Positions 25,205-34,629 of a stretch of 35,884 bases of DNA are shown here, piece after piece. Made by a program: the position numbers and the translations under genes. How positions within the stretch are numbered: position 1 is the first letter of the stretch; each line of letters opens with the position of its first letter. Source of the DNA: a virus (Duplodnaviria; Caudoviricetes); IMG/VR virus record IMGVR_UViG_3300002092_000107, positions 1 through 35,884 of that record; one strand, 5' to 3'. The notes beneath the pieces were generated by a model. The model was not told the DNA's origin, searched no databases, and worked only from the letters and a program-made list of their open reading frames with translations.

Positions 25205-25942
25205 ATGAGTATAATACCATCTTTACCGGTCACATTGCAAAATGGCACAACGGCTGACGCCACACAAGTGATGGCTGATTTTAATTCTATAGTGACCAAC
25301 GTTAATAACAACGCCGCCAATAATGGTCTCAATTCTAATATTACCTCTTTGACTGGTTTGACAACGCCACTCAGCACTTCGCAAGGTGGTACAGGAATTG
25401 CTTCACCCCCAGCAAATTGCGTTTTGGTTTCTGAAGGATCTGGCGCTTTTATGCCTGTTGGACCGGGACTTTCAGGTCAACCATTGGTTAGCAACGGTTC
25501 AGGATCGGATCCTAGTTTTCGTTGTCCTTATCGCATCGGCGATCTTTATTTCAGCACAATATCTGCAAACCCAAGTACTTTTTTGGGCGGCACTTGGGCT
25601 GCTTATGCTGCTGGACAAGTGCTTATCGGTGTGGGGAGTTTTACAGACGGAAATAGTACTAACAAAACTATTGCGGCCGGTCAACAGCTTGGCGAATATC
25701 AGCATACTCTTGTCACTAATGAAATGCCATCGCATACACACCCAGATAGCGGCCATGTTCATGGTCATGGCATGCTGTTATCGGCACCGGGAACCGGGCA
25801 GAATGCATCGGGGTCTCCAAACTTTATTGATTATGCAAATACCCAGACAGGATATGCAAACCTTCAAAATACCGGCGGCGGTGGGGCACACAACAACATC
25901 CAGCCGTCGATCGGCGTTTATGTATGGCAGAGGACAGCATAA
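25205..25942 (+). CDS. Short tail fibre/needle protein
   Basis: LQNGTTADATQVMADFN anchor; NSNITSLTGLTTPLSTSQGGTG; HTLVTNEMPSHTH..GGGGAHNNIQPSIGVYVWQRTA tip. Confidence 0.78.
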   Translation: MSIIPSLPVTLQNGTTADATQVMADFNSIVTNVNNNAANNGLNSNITSLTGLTTPLSTSQGGTGIASPPANCVLVSEGSGAFMPVGPGLSGQPLVSNGSGSDPSFRCPYRIGDLYFSTISANPSTFLGGTWAAYAAGQVLIGVGSFTDGNSTNKTIAAGQQLGEYQHTLVTNEMPSHTHPDSGHVHGHGMLLSAPGTGQNASGSPNFIDYANTQTGYANLQNTGGGGAHNNIQPSIGVYVWQRTA

Positions 25943-26250
25943 TGGATTTACCGATCGACGACTTGATGAAGGTTGGCACAGGCGGTGCCGGCGGCGTGGG
26001 TATCATGACCCTGATCGCGCGGTTCTTGCGTGGGGATATAAAGAGGATCGAAATGGCGCAAAACAAAATCAACGCAGACATCTATGCTAAGGTCAGCGAA
26101 GCTAACGCCTTGATTGCCCGCAACGAGTTAGAAGCGGCAAATCAATTTGTGAAAAAGCCAGACTTCGACGCTTTGCGCAACCATATCGACCTGCAGTTTA
26201 TCGACCAGCGCAATTTCTTTTTGCAACTCTTTCGGCAGAGAAAAGAATGA
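25942..26250 (+). CDS. Holin-like protein (weak hydrophobic segment plus coiled coil)
   Basis: TAATG coupling; lies directly before the lysozyme-like gene. Confidence 0.45.
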   Translation: MDLPIDDLMKVGTGGAGGVGIMTLIARFLRGDIKRIEMAQNKINADIYAKVSEANALIARNELEAANQFVKKPDFDALRNHIDLQFIDQRNFFLQLFRQRKE

Positions 26251-26681
26251 CCATTGGCATGACGCTGAACAATCCGTTTGACCTTGAAGTCAACCAAAGC
26301 TTCAAATGGAACGGCGAGATCCGCCCCTCTGCTAAGCCACCATTTTGCCAGTTCGATACGTTGCTTGACGGCGTTCGCGCCGGCCTCAAAGACCTGCGTA
26401 ATCAGCAAACTGTTCATGGCCTGAATAACTGGACTGACATCATAACGAAGTACGCTCCGCCAAGCGAAAATGACACGTCGGCCTATATCATGGCGATGTG
26501 CAAAGGCACCGGCACTTACCCGAAAGATTATATCAACCTTTCCGATCCTATCTTTCTTGCTTTAGCTGGCAAACGTGTTATGATACAGGAACAAGGGTAC
26601 AATCCATGTACCGACGAGCTTCTCACACAGGCTGTGAATGAGGTGCTTGGTATCACACCAGACGAAGGAGACAACACATGA
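26247..26681 (+). CDS. Lysozyme-like protein (candidate endolysin)
   Basis: LNNPFDL..QFDTLLDGVRA..IITKYAPPSENDTSAYI motif of phage lysozyme-like proteins. Confidence 0.7.
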   Translation: MTIGMTLNNPFDLEVNQSFKWNGEIRPSAKPPFCQFDTLLDGVRAGLKDLRNQQTVHGLNNWTDIITKYAPPSENDTSAYIMAMCKGTGTYPKDYINLSDPIFLALAGKRVMIQEQGYNPCTDELLTQAVNEVLGITPDEGDNT

Positions 26682-27016
26682 GTTTTTTCAGCGATCTTTT
26701 TTCCGGCAACTTTTTGGCAGTTGAACACGACATTGCTGCTTCCGTTGCAAAGCTGCCTTCATGGGCACAAACGCTTATTACAACGCTTGAGACGGACGAA
26801 GGACAAATTTTGAGTGGTTTGGTTACTACCGCCGCCCAAGATGTTTTGACTGGCGGATTAACGACGGCCAACTTTACAGCCGCTGCCAAAGATGTGGCTA
26901 ATAAACTTGTTAGTCAAAACATAACCCTTGGCACACAGACCGTCTACGCGGCTTTAAATGCTGCCGTTGCAGCAGTGGCCCCCACGGCACCGCCGGTATC
27001 GGTGTCGGCATCGTAA
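26678..27016 (+). CDS. Amphipathic helical protein (lysis accessory?)
   Basis: ATGA overlap, AAGGAG RBS. Confidence 0.6.
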   Translation: MSFFSDLFSGNFLAVEHDIAASVAKLPSWAQTLITTLETDEGQILSGLVTTAAQDVLTGGLTTANFTAAAKDVANKLVSQNITLGTQTVYAALNAAVAAVAPTAPPVSVSAS

Positions 27017-27028
27017 GGAATAACGTTT

Positions 27029-27259
27029 ATGCCCACTTGGTTAATCACTGCCTTACTTAAATACGTTCTCCCGATCGTAATTCAATGGCTTCAAAAAGAA
27101 GGCTATTTGGATGCGGGTGAGGCTTTGATTTCCAAGGGGGCTGTAGCGATAGTTTCTGAAGTTCGTTCCCTCAAAACTTATGACCAATATCCCGGTGATC
27201 CTCCCGCGCCTACGGGCACGACGAATATGACCACAGGCGGTGGCACGCCGGTGACATAA
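27029..27259 (+). CDS. Small protein with amphipathic N-terminus
   Basis: MPTWLITALLKYVLPIVIQWL; AAGGA RBS. Confidence 0.6.
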   Translation: MPTWLITALLKYVLPIVIQWLQKEGYLDAGEALISKGAVAIVSEVRSLKTYDQYPGDPPAPTGTTNMTTGGGTPVT

Positions 27260-27717
27260 TGATCCAGTATCAGCAGGAACGCTTCGTTGACCTGATGCCG
27301 GAACTTCCCGAGATTTTCTACAAGCACTGGAACGATATAGCCCTCGACAAAGACGTGATCCCACTGGATCCCGCATGGGATGAATACATGCGTTTGGAGG
27401 CTATCGGGGTTTTGAAGATCACCACCGCCCGAGATGCTGGCAGACTGGTTGGCTACGTTTTTTCCCTTGTTCACCCCCACCTTCACTATAAAAAGTCGCT
27501 GACGGCCTATACCGATTTGATGTATCTAAGGAGCGAATATACTAAAGGTTTTGGGATCTTTCGCTATGCAGGGTTGATCCGGCATAGTGAAAAAATGTTG
27601 CGTGACTTAGGTGTGCAAAAGCGCTATCTTATGACAAAGGTTTACCATGATCTAACCCCGCTCTTTGCAAGGTTGGGCTATCGGTTTATCGAAAAGATTT
27701 CTGCTAAGCTGCTTTAG
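27259..27717 (+). CDS. GNAT-fold acyltransferase
   Basis: TARDAGRLVGY..DLMYLRSEYTKG..LFARLGY. Confidence 0.8.
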   Translation: MIQYQQERFVDLMPELPEIFYKHWNDIALDKDVIPLDPAWDEYMRLEAIGVLKITTARDAGRLVGYVFSLVHPHLHYKKSLTAYTDLMYLRSEYTKGFGIFRYAGLIRHSEKMLRDLGVQKRYLMTKVYHDLTPLFARLGYRFIEKISAKLL

Positions 27718-27728
27718 GAGTTAAGCCC

Positions 27729-28715
27729 ATGGGCGGAGCCGTATCAAGTATTTTTGGATCAAGCCCACCCTCGGCTCCCAACCTTCAGACGTACCAACCG
27801 CAGTACACGTCTCAGGCCGACACAAGCTCGTTTAACGCAATTAACCAAATCCAAAATAACAACCCCTATTTACAAAATCAGGGCACATACCAGTCTATTG
27901 AGCAACAGGGTTTGAACAATCCTTATGCGACCGGTGTACAAACTGCCGCAAATGCCGCTGGTCAGCAGTATGCTGCGTTGGGCACACAAGGCGCTGGTGT
28001 GGCTACAGGGCTTAATCAAGGAGCCATGACACTGCTGCCGTATGTCTCGCAAGTCGAGAACACGGCCATGGATCCGCAGAACGCGCTTTACAATCGCACG
28101 CTGCAACAGGTGCAGGATCAGGCAAATGTATCGAACGCGCAAAATGGTTTGACGGGTTCGCCTTATGGCGCGGGCACGTCGAATGCCGCGACCAGCAATT
28201 TCAATATCGACTGGCAGAATAATCAACTCGCGCGGCAGACGCAGGGCGTCAACGCTGCGGCCACTGGCCTTGGCGCGGTTGGTGCTGCCGGTAACAACGC
28301 GCAGAATATTGGCACCGCTGCCGCCGCAAATACCGGCATGGCTGGCGCTGCACCGAACGCCGCTTATATCAGCAACCTCGCCAACATGTTGAACGCGCTG
28401 AACAGCTATGGCACGAGCCAGACTGCGGCGAATAACAACACGCAAACTGCGCAGCAGGATTTCCAGCAATACCTCGGCCTCGGCGCGACACAGGCGAACG
28501 CTCAAGCCAATCTCGACAATATCAACTTCCAAAACCAGAACACGGCAGCAGGAAATCAAAACGCGTTTTTGGGTAGTATTGTTAACGGCATAACCGGCGG
28601 CGCTTTAGGCACTGCCATTAACGGAGCCGGTAGTAGTTTGTTAAGCGGGGCTACTGGCGGAGCGTTGAATGGTGCATCAAGCACAGCCGACTGGGCCGCT
28701 TTTTTAGCAATGTAG
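27729..28715 (+). CDS. Ejection/DNA-transfer protein 1
   Basis: Gln/Asn/Ala/Gly-rich, MGG start, follows the GNAT as in podovirus internal-virion modules. Confidence 0.7.
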   Translation: MGGAVSSIFGSSPPSAPNLQTYQPQYTSQADTSSFNAINQIQNNNPYLQNQGTYQSIEQQGLNNPYATGVQTAANAAGQQYAALGTQGAGVATGLNQGAMTLLPYVSQVENTAMDPQNALYNRTLQQVQDQANVSNAQNGLTGSPYGAGTSNAATSNFNIDWQNNQLARQTQGVNAAATGLGAVGAAGNNAQNIGTAAAANTGMAGAAPNAAYISNLANMLNALNSYGTSQTAANNNTQTAQQDFQQYLGLGATQANAQANLDNINFQNQNTAAGNQNAFLGSIVNGITGGALGTAINGAGSSLLSGATGGALNGASSTADWAAFLAM

Positions 28716-28724
28716 GAAAACAAA

Positions 28725-30047
28725 ATGGCTGGCTATCAAACCGCATATGACGCTTACCAAACAGGACAAGCTGCGGCCCTAGCGAATTTGTTGCGCGGAT
28801 TACAGGTGCAACAAGAGCAGGCAAATGCAGCCGGTCAAAATTTGGCTGGTAATGCGCTAACGGCCAATTCTACAGATCCGACAAGTCCCGCTTCAGGCAT
28901 GAATGCACCCGGTACCCCGGCTGGTACTGGTGCGCCACCTAATTTGACGCCTGCGCCGAACCCTCCGCCCGTTACACAAGTGCCTATGCCCGGAGCCACA
29001 CCCATGTCTGCTGGCCCCATACCGCCACCCCCTTCGCCCGGCCAGATGCCGGCTGCGCCACAAGGGGCGTCGATCCCGCCAATTTCCGCTTCGCAGCTTC
29101 AGCCGCCCGGCCAAGGCACACCGCCTATAGCGCCAATGCCGTCGCCGGCTGCTCCGCCCGCCGCGCCCGCAGGTCAGGGGCCAGCTTCCGCGCCGCAAGC
29201 CAACCAGATGGGTCAGGGCACACAAAATCCATGGTGGAAAACGATGGCTGCGCAGATCAAACAACAGAACCCTAACGCTAGTGGTCGCGATGTCATGGCC
29301 GCATTGAATGCGATGCAGCCGGTGATGAACGCGACGAACCGTCAACAGCTTTCGGATCTGCATATGCAGCTTGCCATGCAGAAGTTGCAATCGGGTCAGG
29401 CCACGCCCGAAGAAATTGATTTTCTTGCCAACGAGGTTGCCAACGGCAATCAGTCGATCTTGACGCGCATGCCCGCGCCGGTGCGCCTCGCCGTCATGGA
29501 AAAGCTTGAACAGGGCGGCACGTCTGGCTCCGATGCGGCGAACGCCGCCACAACCTATCACGGTAAACAGTCTGAAGCTGCCGCCGCCGGTCGTCGCACT
29601 GGTAACATTGACGTAGCTGTTAGCGGCGGGCAAGAAATTGCGCCTAAAGCTTTGGCTGCTTCCGCCGGCGTGCCGCGCTCAAGCTGGTTGCTGGCAGGAC
29701 AGATGGGAAACTGGCTCAAGACACAATCGAACGATCCCGCGCTCGCCAAATTCCAAGTCTTCAACCTCGGTTTGTCGCGCGAATATGCTCAGGCTTTCGG
29801 CGGTACCGTGGCCGCTCAACAGCACGCCCAAGAGGTGTTGGGTACGGCCAAGGATCAGACAGCTTACCGCGCCGCTGTGGAAGCGTTGCAAGAAGAAATG
29901 GCTGCAGCTCAAAAGGGTGGCGAACGCGCCATTCAGAAGGCGGGTAGCGGCGGCAATTCAAGGCCACAATCCGAACTTGCACCGGATGATGGTGGCGGAA
30001 TTAAATTAAATATTCCCCCTCCACCTGACGGCTTTGTGGTGCAATGA
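28725..30047 (+). CDS. Ejection/internal virion protein 2 (Pro-rich region)
   Basis: Position; Ala/Gln-rich helical segments. Confidence 0.65.
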   Translation: MAGYQTAYDAYQTGQAAALANLLRGLQVQQEQANAAGQNLAGNALTANSTDPTSPASGMNAPGTPAGTGAPPNLTPAPNPPPVTQVPMPGATPMSAGPIPPPPSPGQMPAAPQGASIPPISASQLQPPGQGTPPIAPMPSPAAPPAAPAGQGPASAPQANQMGQGTQNPWWKTMAAQIKQQNPNASGRDVMAALNAMQPVMNATNRQQLSDLHMQLAMQKLQSGQATPEEIDFLANEVANGNQSILTRMPAPVRLAVMEKLEQGGTSGSDAANAATTYHGKQSEAAAAGRRTGNIDVAVSGGQEIAPKALAASAGVPRSSWLLAGQMGNWLKTQSNDPALAKFQVFNLGLSREYAQAFGGTVAAQQHAQEVLGTAKDQTAYRAAVEALQEEMAAAQKGGERAIQKAGSGGNSRPQSELAPDDGGGIKLNIPPPPDGFVVQ

Positions 30048-30048
30048 T

Positions 30049-32196
30049 ATGGCGATTGCATATAACCAGCAGACTGGCGAGGCGCTCTACTCAGAAGGCA
30101 GCGAATGGAAACCCGCAAAAATAGCTATGAACCCAAAAACCGGCGAGCGCGTGGCGTTCGATGGGAAAGCATGGCAACCGCTGCAATCGAAGCCACTGCC
30201 CGGCAAAACGGAAGACGGATTGACCACCGGCAGCAAATTTGCCGACAAAACGCTCGATGTGTTGGGTGGCCCCACCTACGCAACCAATGAAGCCATTTAT
30301 CACGGTAAGGAAAGCGGCGACATCCTGAAGCAGGGCGTCAAGGACATTCCGTCGAGCTTTGTCAACCGTGAGAAGCAGGATTGGCAGGGCGTTAAACAGG
30401 CATTCGAAGATACTGGCAAAGCCGAAGGCCCGGTCAGCGGCATGTATAACGCCGGCAAGACGGCGTTGCGTGCGATCGGCATGCCTTTCGAAGCTATCAA
30501 CGTTCCATTAGAAAATACCTATGGCCGCATGGCTCAGGCTGGCGCAGCGCACCACGGCACGGAGCTGAAGCCCGAGGAAGCCGCGATCGTGCCCGAAATG
30601 GCATTGCCGGGCGGCATTGGCGGTAAAGCCAAAACAATCCCCAAAGCCGTCGCTGCTGACGAGGCCACCGCTGCCGCCGCAGGGCGCATAGGCATCAACG
30701 CTAACCGCGTTAAGGATGCCGACCAGATGCAGGACGCCCTGCGCACCGGGATTAATCAAACGAAGGGTGACATCACCACGGCCAAAGGTGTCGCGCCGGT
30801 CGCTTCCGATCGGGAACTGGCCGAGCAAGTTGCTAAAGGCATCGGTGACAAACGCGATCAGGTCAAGGCGCTTGAAAACGTGCGGTGGGAAAAAGCAAAA
30901 GAGGCCGGCGCACTCATTCCTGCTGATGGCGTTTCCAATATCGAGGATCTTCGCCGCATGGTTGGCCAGATCGGTAAAGAGTTGAAGGGCACTGGTGGCG
31001 AGCTTGCTTCAGATTTGCGCAGCCAGAAGTTAGGTCACGATAGCGATATCCTTGATCTACGCGATAAGATCCATGAACTTGAAGAAGCAAACGTTGCCGG
31101 CGAACATGTGAGTGAGCTTGGCAAAGCTAAAATGGAATTGAAGGCCAAGCGCCTTGAAACCGCGCGGCAGCAACTAGACCAAAAATTAAAAATATCTGAC
31201 AACCTCGAACAGCGTATCGCTGAAGCCGACAAAGCTGAAAAAGCCGCCGATACAGGATCTTTGCCTACAAAAATTGAAACTGCCGCAGACCTTATTCAAT
31301 TGAAGCAACACCTAAACGATGTCAACCCTGCCAACCTATCTGCTGTTGAATTGACACGTCTGAAAGACAGTAAGGCTGCTGTGGACGCTGCGCTTGGCGA
31401 ATTAAAAGGAGCAAAGCCAAATATTAAGCTTTCGGCCAATTCAAAATTACGTTTCCAAGATCCCAATAAAATCAATTTTGGTGATTTGCTGACCAAGGCT
31501 AACCGACGCACTGAGGTAAATGCCGAACGCTATGGCGGTGACGCTGCCAAACAACTCGGTGTCGACAAGGCATTTATCGCCGCAGAAAAGAAAACAGGTC
31601 GCCCGCTGGTCGGCAAGGATGCTACCACTAATGCGATCGCCGGGACTGAAGGCATTGTTGATCGCATTCAAAGCACCGCACATGTCGATTGGCTTAAGGC
31701 CAATATGCGCCCGAAGGCGTTCAATCAGTTGATGGCGAATAAGCTCGCCAAAACTCTGGATGAAGTGGGGTGGGATGCTGACGCCCTGCGGCAGAACCGA
31801 GAATTTTTAAATTATGTGGTTAATGATGGCGTGGGTATGAAAACCAAAGTTGTGCAGCAAAAACTCGACGACCTGCAAACGATATTGGATAAGGCGGAAG
31901 CTGCCGGCGCGTCGGGTAAAATGTTAGGCAAAGCCTATCGCGGCAAAGATCCAAACGTAACCCGAGCTTTAAACGCCGCTAAAGCGGCATCGGCCACGGT
32001 TGCGGCTGGTGGACACCCTACGACATATGCGCTAGCCAAGGCGGCTGAAACTCTTGGTGGCGGAGGCACGGCGGAAGCTAAGCGGCTTATGCAAATGCAA
32101 AAGGAACTAAAGCTTAAAACGCCGAAGTATATCCCCGGCGAAGCTATCGGCGCCGCGCTCGGAGGTAATTCGGCGTCCGGCTTCAAGGATCAATAA
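30049..32196 (+). CDS. Ejection/internal virion protein 3
   Basis: Start reassigned to ATG 30049; duplicated N-terminal AxNxxTGE..W motif; long helical protein. Confidence 0.65.
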   Translation: MAIAYNQQTGEALYSEGSEWKPAKIAMNPKTGERVAFDGKAWQPLQSKPLPGKTEDGLTTGSKFADKTLDVLGGPTYATNEAIYHGKESGDILKQGVKDIPSSFVNREKQDWQGVKQAFEDTGKAEGPVSGMYNAGKTALRAIGMPFEAINVPLENTYGRMAQAGAAHHGTELKPEEAAIVPEMALPGGIGGKAKTIPKAVAADEATAAAAGRIGINANRVKDADQMQDALRTGINQTKGDITTAKGVAPVASDRELAEQVAKGIGDKRDQVKALENVRWEKAKEAGALIPADGVSNIEDLRRMVGQIGKELKGTGGELASDLRSQKLGHDSDILDLRDKIHELEEANVAGEHVSELGKAKMELKAKRLETARQQLDQKLKISDNLEQRIAEADKAEKAADTGSLPTKIETAADLIQLKQHLNDVNPANLSAVELTRLKDSKAAVDAALGELKGAKPNIKLSANSKLRFQDPNKINFGDLLTKANRRTEVNAERYGGDAAKQLGVDKAFIAAEKKTGRPLVGKDATTNAIAGTEGIVDRIQSTAHVDWLKANMRPKAFNQLMANKLAKTLDEVGWDADALRQNREFLNYVVNDGVGMKTKVVQQKLDDLQTILDKAEAAGASGKMLGKAYRGKDPNVTRALNAAKAASATVAAGGHPTTYALAKAAETLGGGGTAEAKRLMQMQKELKLKTPKYIPGEAIGAALGGNSASGFKDQ

Positions 32197-32465
32197 TGGA
32201 CGGCTCGGTTTTAGACATCAAAGGCGCGGCAATTAGGCATCCTAAAACTGGCATCATCTACACCGGCCCTACCCACCCCGAAATTGCTAAAGAATATGGC
32301 TTTCCGGGATCTGGTGATTACTGGCATCATAACCGCAAGAACGCCGGCTTCGTCTTACGTGATGGATCTTTTGTTAATCGCGATCAGGCACTGAATCGGT
32401 ACGGCGTTGACGAGACACACGCCATGGAAGACGCACAAGAAAAATACCGGGAGGCTCACCGATGA
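32196..32465 (+). CDS. Small phage protein (AAIR..YTG..H..GFV..GxFVxR motif)
   Basis: Coupled at both ends (TAATG, ATGA). Confidence 0.7.
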   Translation: MDGSVLDIKGAAIRHPKTGIIYTGPTHPEIAKEYGFPGSGDYWHHNRKNAGFVLRDGSFVNRDQALNRYGVDETHAMEDAQEKYREAHR

Positions 32466-33775
32466 AAATTCTAGTTATTGACAAATACGGGGCATCGCTC
32501 AACTGGACACGCCGCTGCGTCGCCGATGGCCACAAAGTGAAATGGTATGTGCCCACTGATGAAAAAGTGGCGCTGGTGGGAAAGGGCATCGTTGAGCGCG
32601 TGTCAGATCCGCGCGAGTGGTATCGTTGGGCTGACATGATCTTTTTCACTGACAACACTAAATGGTTGCATGAGGCCGATGCATGGCGTGCTGCCGGCTG
32701 GCCGGTAATTGGCCCGGGCGTTGAAGGGGCGAAGTGGGAAATCCTTCGTGATGTCGGCCAGAAAGTGTTCAAAGCCGCTGGCATCAAGGTTGCCGACAGT
32801 AAAAAATTCACGACGTATGATCCTGCCATCGCCTATGTCAAGCGCGAGATGCGCCGCTTCGTCTCGAAGCCCTGCGGCGACGAGGAAAACAAGGCGTTGT
32901 CGTACTGCTCGAAATCACCCGCTGACATGGTTTACATGCTCGAGCGCTGGAAGAAAAACAAGACACTTGCTGGGGAATTTATACTTCAGGAGTTCACCGG
33001 TGGCACCGAGATGGCTGTGGGCGGCTGGTTCGGCCCCGGTGGCTTCAACCGTGGTTGGTGTGAGAATTTCGAATTTAAAAAGCTAATGAACGGGGATCTC
33101 GGAGTTGCCACAGGTGAGCAGGGTACTGTTGTTCGCCATGTTGCCAAATCGCTCTTGGCCGACAAGGTGTTAAAACCTGTCGAGAGTGCGCTGGAAAAAA
33201 TTAACTATGTGGGATATATTGATGTCAACTGCATCATCGACGACCAAGGGGTGCCTATGCCTTTGGAGTTTACGATGCGTCCGGGCTGGCCGTTGTTTAA
33301 CATTGAGCAAGCGGTGCATAAAGGGGATCACGCAGAATGGTTGATGCAACTATACGAGGGCAAGGACGCCCGCAACTTCGAGTTGGACACGGTGATAGTC
33401 GGCGTGGTGATGTCGATACCGGATTACCCGTACAGCCACTTCACGAGGAAGGAAGTGAACGGAGTACCGCTCTATGGAATGACGAAATCAATCGAGCATT
33501 CAGTGCATCCCTGCGAGATGATGATGGGGGAAGCGCCGCTGGAAGTGAACGGCAAGCTCCAAAACTCCCCGATGCTTTGCTCAGCGGGGGATTACGTCCT
33601 AGTGACGACGGGAACGGGGGAGACGATCTCGGAGGCGAAGAAGGGAGCCTATCGGGTCTTGAAAAAATTAAGCATGCCCAACTCCCCGATGTATCGGACG
33701 GATATCGGCGACAGGTTGAAGAAGCAATTGCCGGTAATACAGCAGATGGGCTACGCCGCCAATTTGAAGTTTTAG
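32462..33775 (+). CDS. PurD-like ATP-grasp ligase
   Basis: FILQEF..GTE, NFEFKKLMNGDLGVATGEQGT, LEFTMRPGWP, YRTDIG correspond to phosphoribosylamine-glycine ligase motifs. Confidence 0.85.
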   Translation: MKILVIDKYGASLNWTRRCVADGHKVKWYVPTDEKVALVGKGIVERVSDPREWYRWADMIFFTDNTKWLHEADAWRAAGWPVIGPGVEGAKWEILRDVGQKVFKAAGIKVADSKKFTTYDPAIAYVKREMRRFVSKPCGDEENKALSYCSKSPADMVYMLERWKKNKTLAGEFILQEFTGGTEMAVGGWFGPGGFNRGWCENFEFKKLMNGDLGVATGEQGTVVRHVAKSLLADKVLKPVESALEKINYVGYIDVNCIIDDQGVPMPLEFTMRPGWPLFNIEQAVHKGDHAEWLMQLYEGKDARNFELDTVIVGVVMSIPDYPYSHFTRKEVNGVPLYGMTKSIEHSVHPCEMMMGEAPLEVNGKLQNSPMLCSAGDYVLVTTGTGETISEAKKGAYRVLKKLSMPNSPMYRTDIGDRLKKQLPVIQQMGYAANLKF

Positions 33776-34050
33776 AAGCGGATCCCAACAAGCTTGATGC
33801 CGCCGTCGACCTTGCGCTCAATACAGCGATTGACATTCTTGAACTGGAATACCTGCCCACCAGCCACACGGATTATTATCGTCAGTTGACCTTGAAGAAG
33901 GACACGCTGAGCGTTGTGATTAACGCCGGCCTGAAGGCTGACGAAAACCGCTTTCGTCGTAAGCAGCATGATGTGGTGGCAAAACTATTTGCGATCGCAC
34001 GCGCGGATAAGAAACTCCTGCCGATTATCGAGAACCCGCCGCAGCTTTAA
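33337..34050 (+). CDS. Hypothetical protein overlapping the ATP-grasp gene by 439 nt
   Basis: Only Met in the frame, preceded by AAGGGGA; C-terminal ~90 aa beyond the overlap is globular-looking. Confidence 0.6.
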   Translation: MVDATIRGQGRPQLRVGHGDSRRGDVDTGLPVQPLHEEGSERSTALWNDEINRAFSASLRDDDGGSAAGSERQAPKLPDALLSGGLRPSDDGNGGDDLGGEEGSLSGLEKIKHAQLPDVSDGYRRQVEEAIAGNTADGLRRQFEVLEADPNKLDAAVDLALNTAIDILELEYLPTSHTDYYRQLTLKKDTLSVVINAGLKADENRFRRKQHDVVAKLFAIARADKKLLPIIENPPQL

Positions 34051-34113
34051 TTATATGAACTTACTGCACGTCGTGCGGGAAGATCCTATTTTCGACTATG
34101 ATGGTGCCGTCGT

Positions 34114-34257
34114 TCATGCCGCCACCGGACCTTCGGGATCATCTGGCTTTATCGTATAGCGTGGCCGGTATGGTGCCGCGTTCACGAACATGGCCCAACG
34201 GGCGATGTCGTGCGTCTGGTTGTCTTTGCCTGTAGTGATGTCGGTCAGGAGTTTCAT
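34114..34257 (-). CDS. Short ORF resembling the N-terminus of a small phage membrane protein; possibly a remnant
   Basis: MKLLTDITTGKDNQTHDIARWAMFVNAAPYRPRYTIKPDDPEGPVAA (47 aa). Confidence 0.4.
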   Translation of the reverse strand: MKLLTDITTGKDNQTHDIARWAMFVNAAPYRPRYTIKPDDPEGPVAA

Positions 34258-34628
34258 GTATTAGCCGGATACGCTGGTTGCGCTGGTAGCGACGTGCTGG
34301 TTGTGTCGGTTCCGTCAACAATCGCTCTCAACGCCTTACGATAATACACGAAGGCCACAACGTCAGCAGTTGTCGCGGTTATCAGTCCGAGCGAGATCGC
34401 TTCTTGGACACGAAACATGGTTATGTCGGTTTTGGTTAGGGCGGTTTGGGCTTTTTGGGGTAATGGTATAGGCACGGGTGTCGGAGCAGGGGGCGCGGTA
34501 AATACGCCGTTGGCGTAGGTCCAGCCGATGCCTTGATTGGTTACAAGAATATCCGCTTTGTTCAATGGGGCGTCTGCCGCATAAACATTTGTGACAAGGC
34601 CGTTTTCTATGATTGCGTAATTTGACAT
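34254..34628 (-). CDS. Tail fibre assembly chaperone-like protein
   Basis: NYAIIENGLVTNV..GIGWTYANGVFTAP..YRKALRAI..LPAQP; directly after the fibre gene. Confidence 0.75.
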   Translation of the reverse strand: MSNYAIIENGLVTNVYAADAPLNKADILVTNQGIGWTYANGVFTAPPAPTPVPIPLPQKAQTALTKTDITMFRVQEAISLGLITATTADVVAFVYYRKALRAIVDGTDTTSTSLPAQPAYPANT

Positions 34629-34629
34629 G

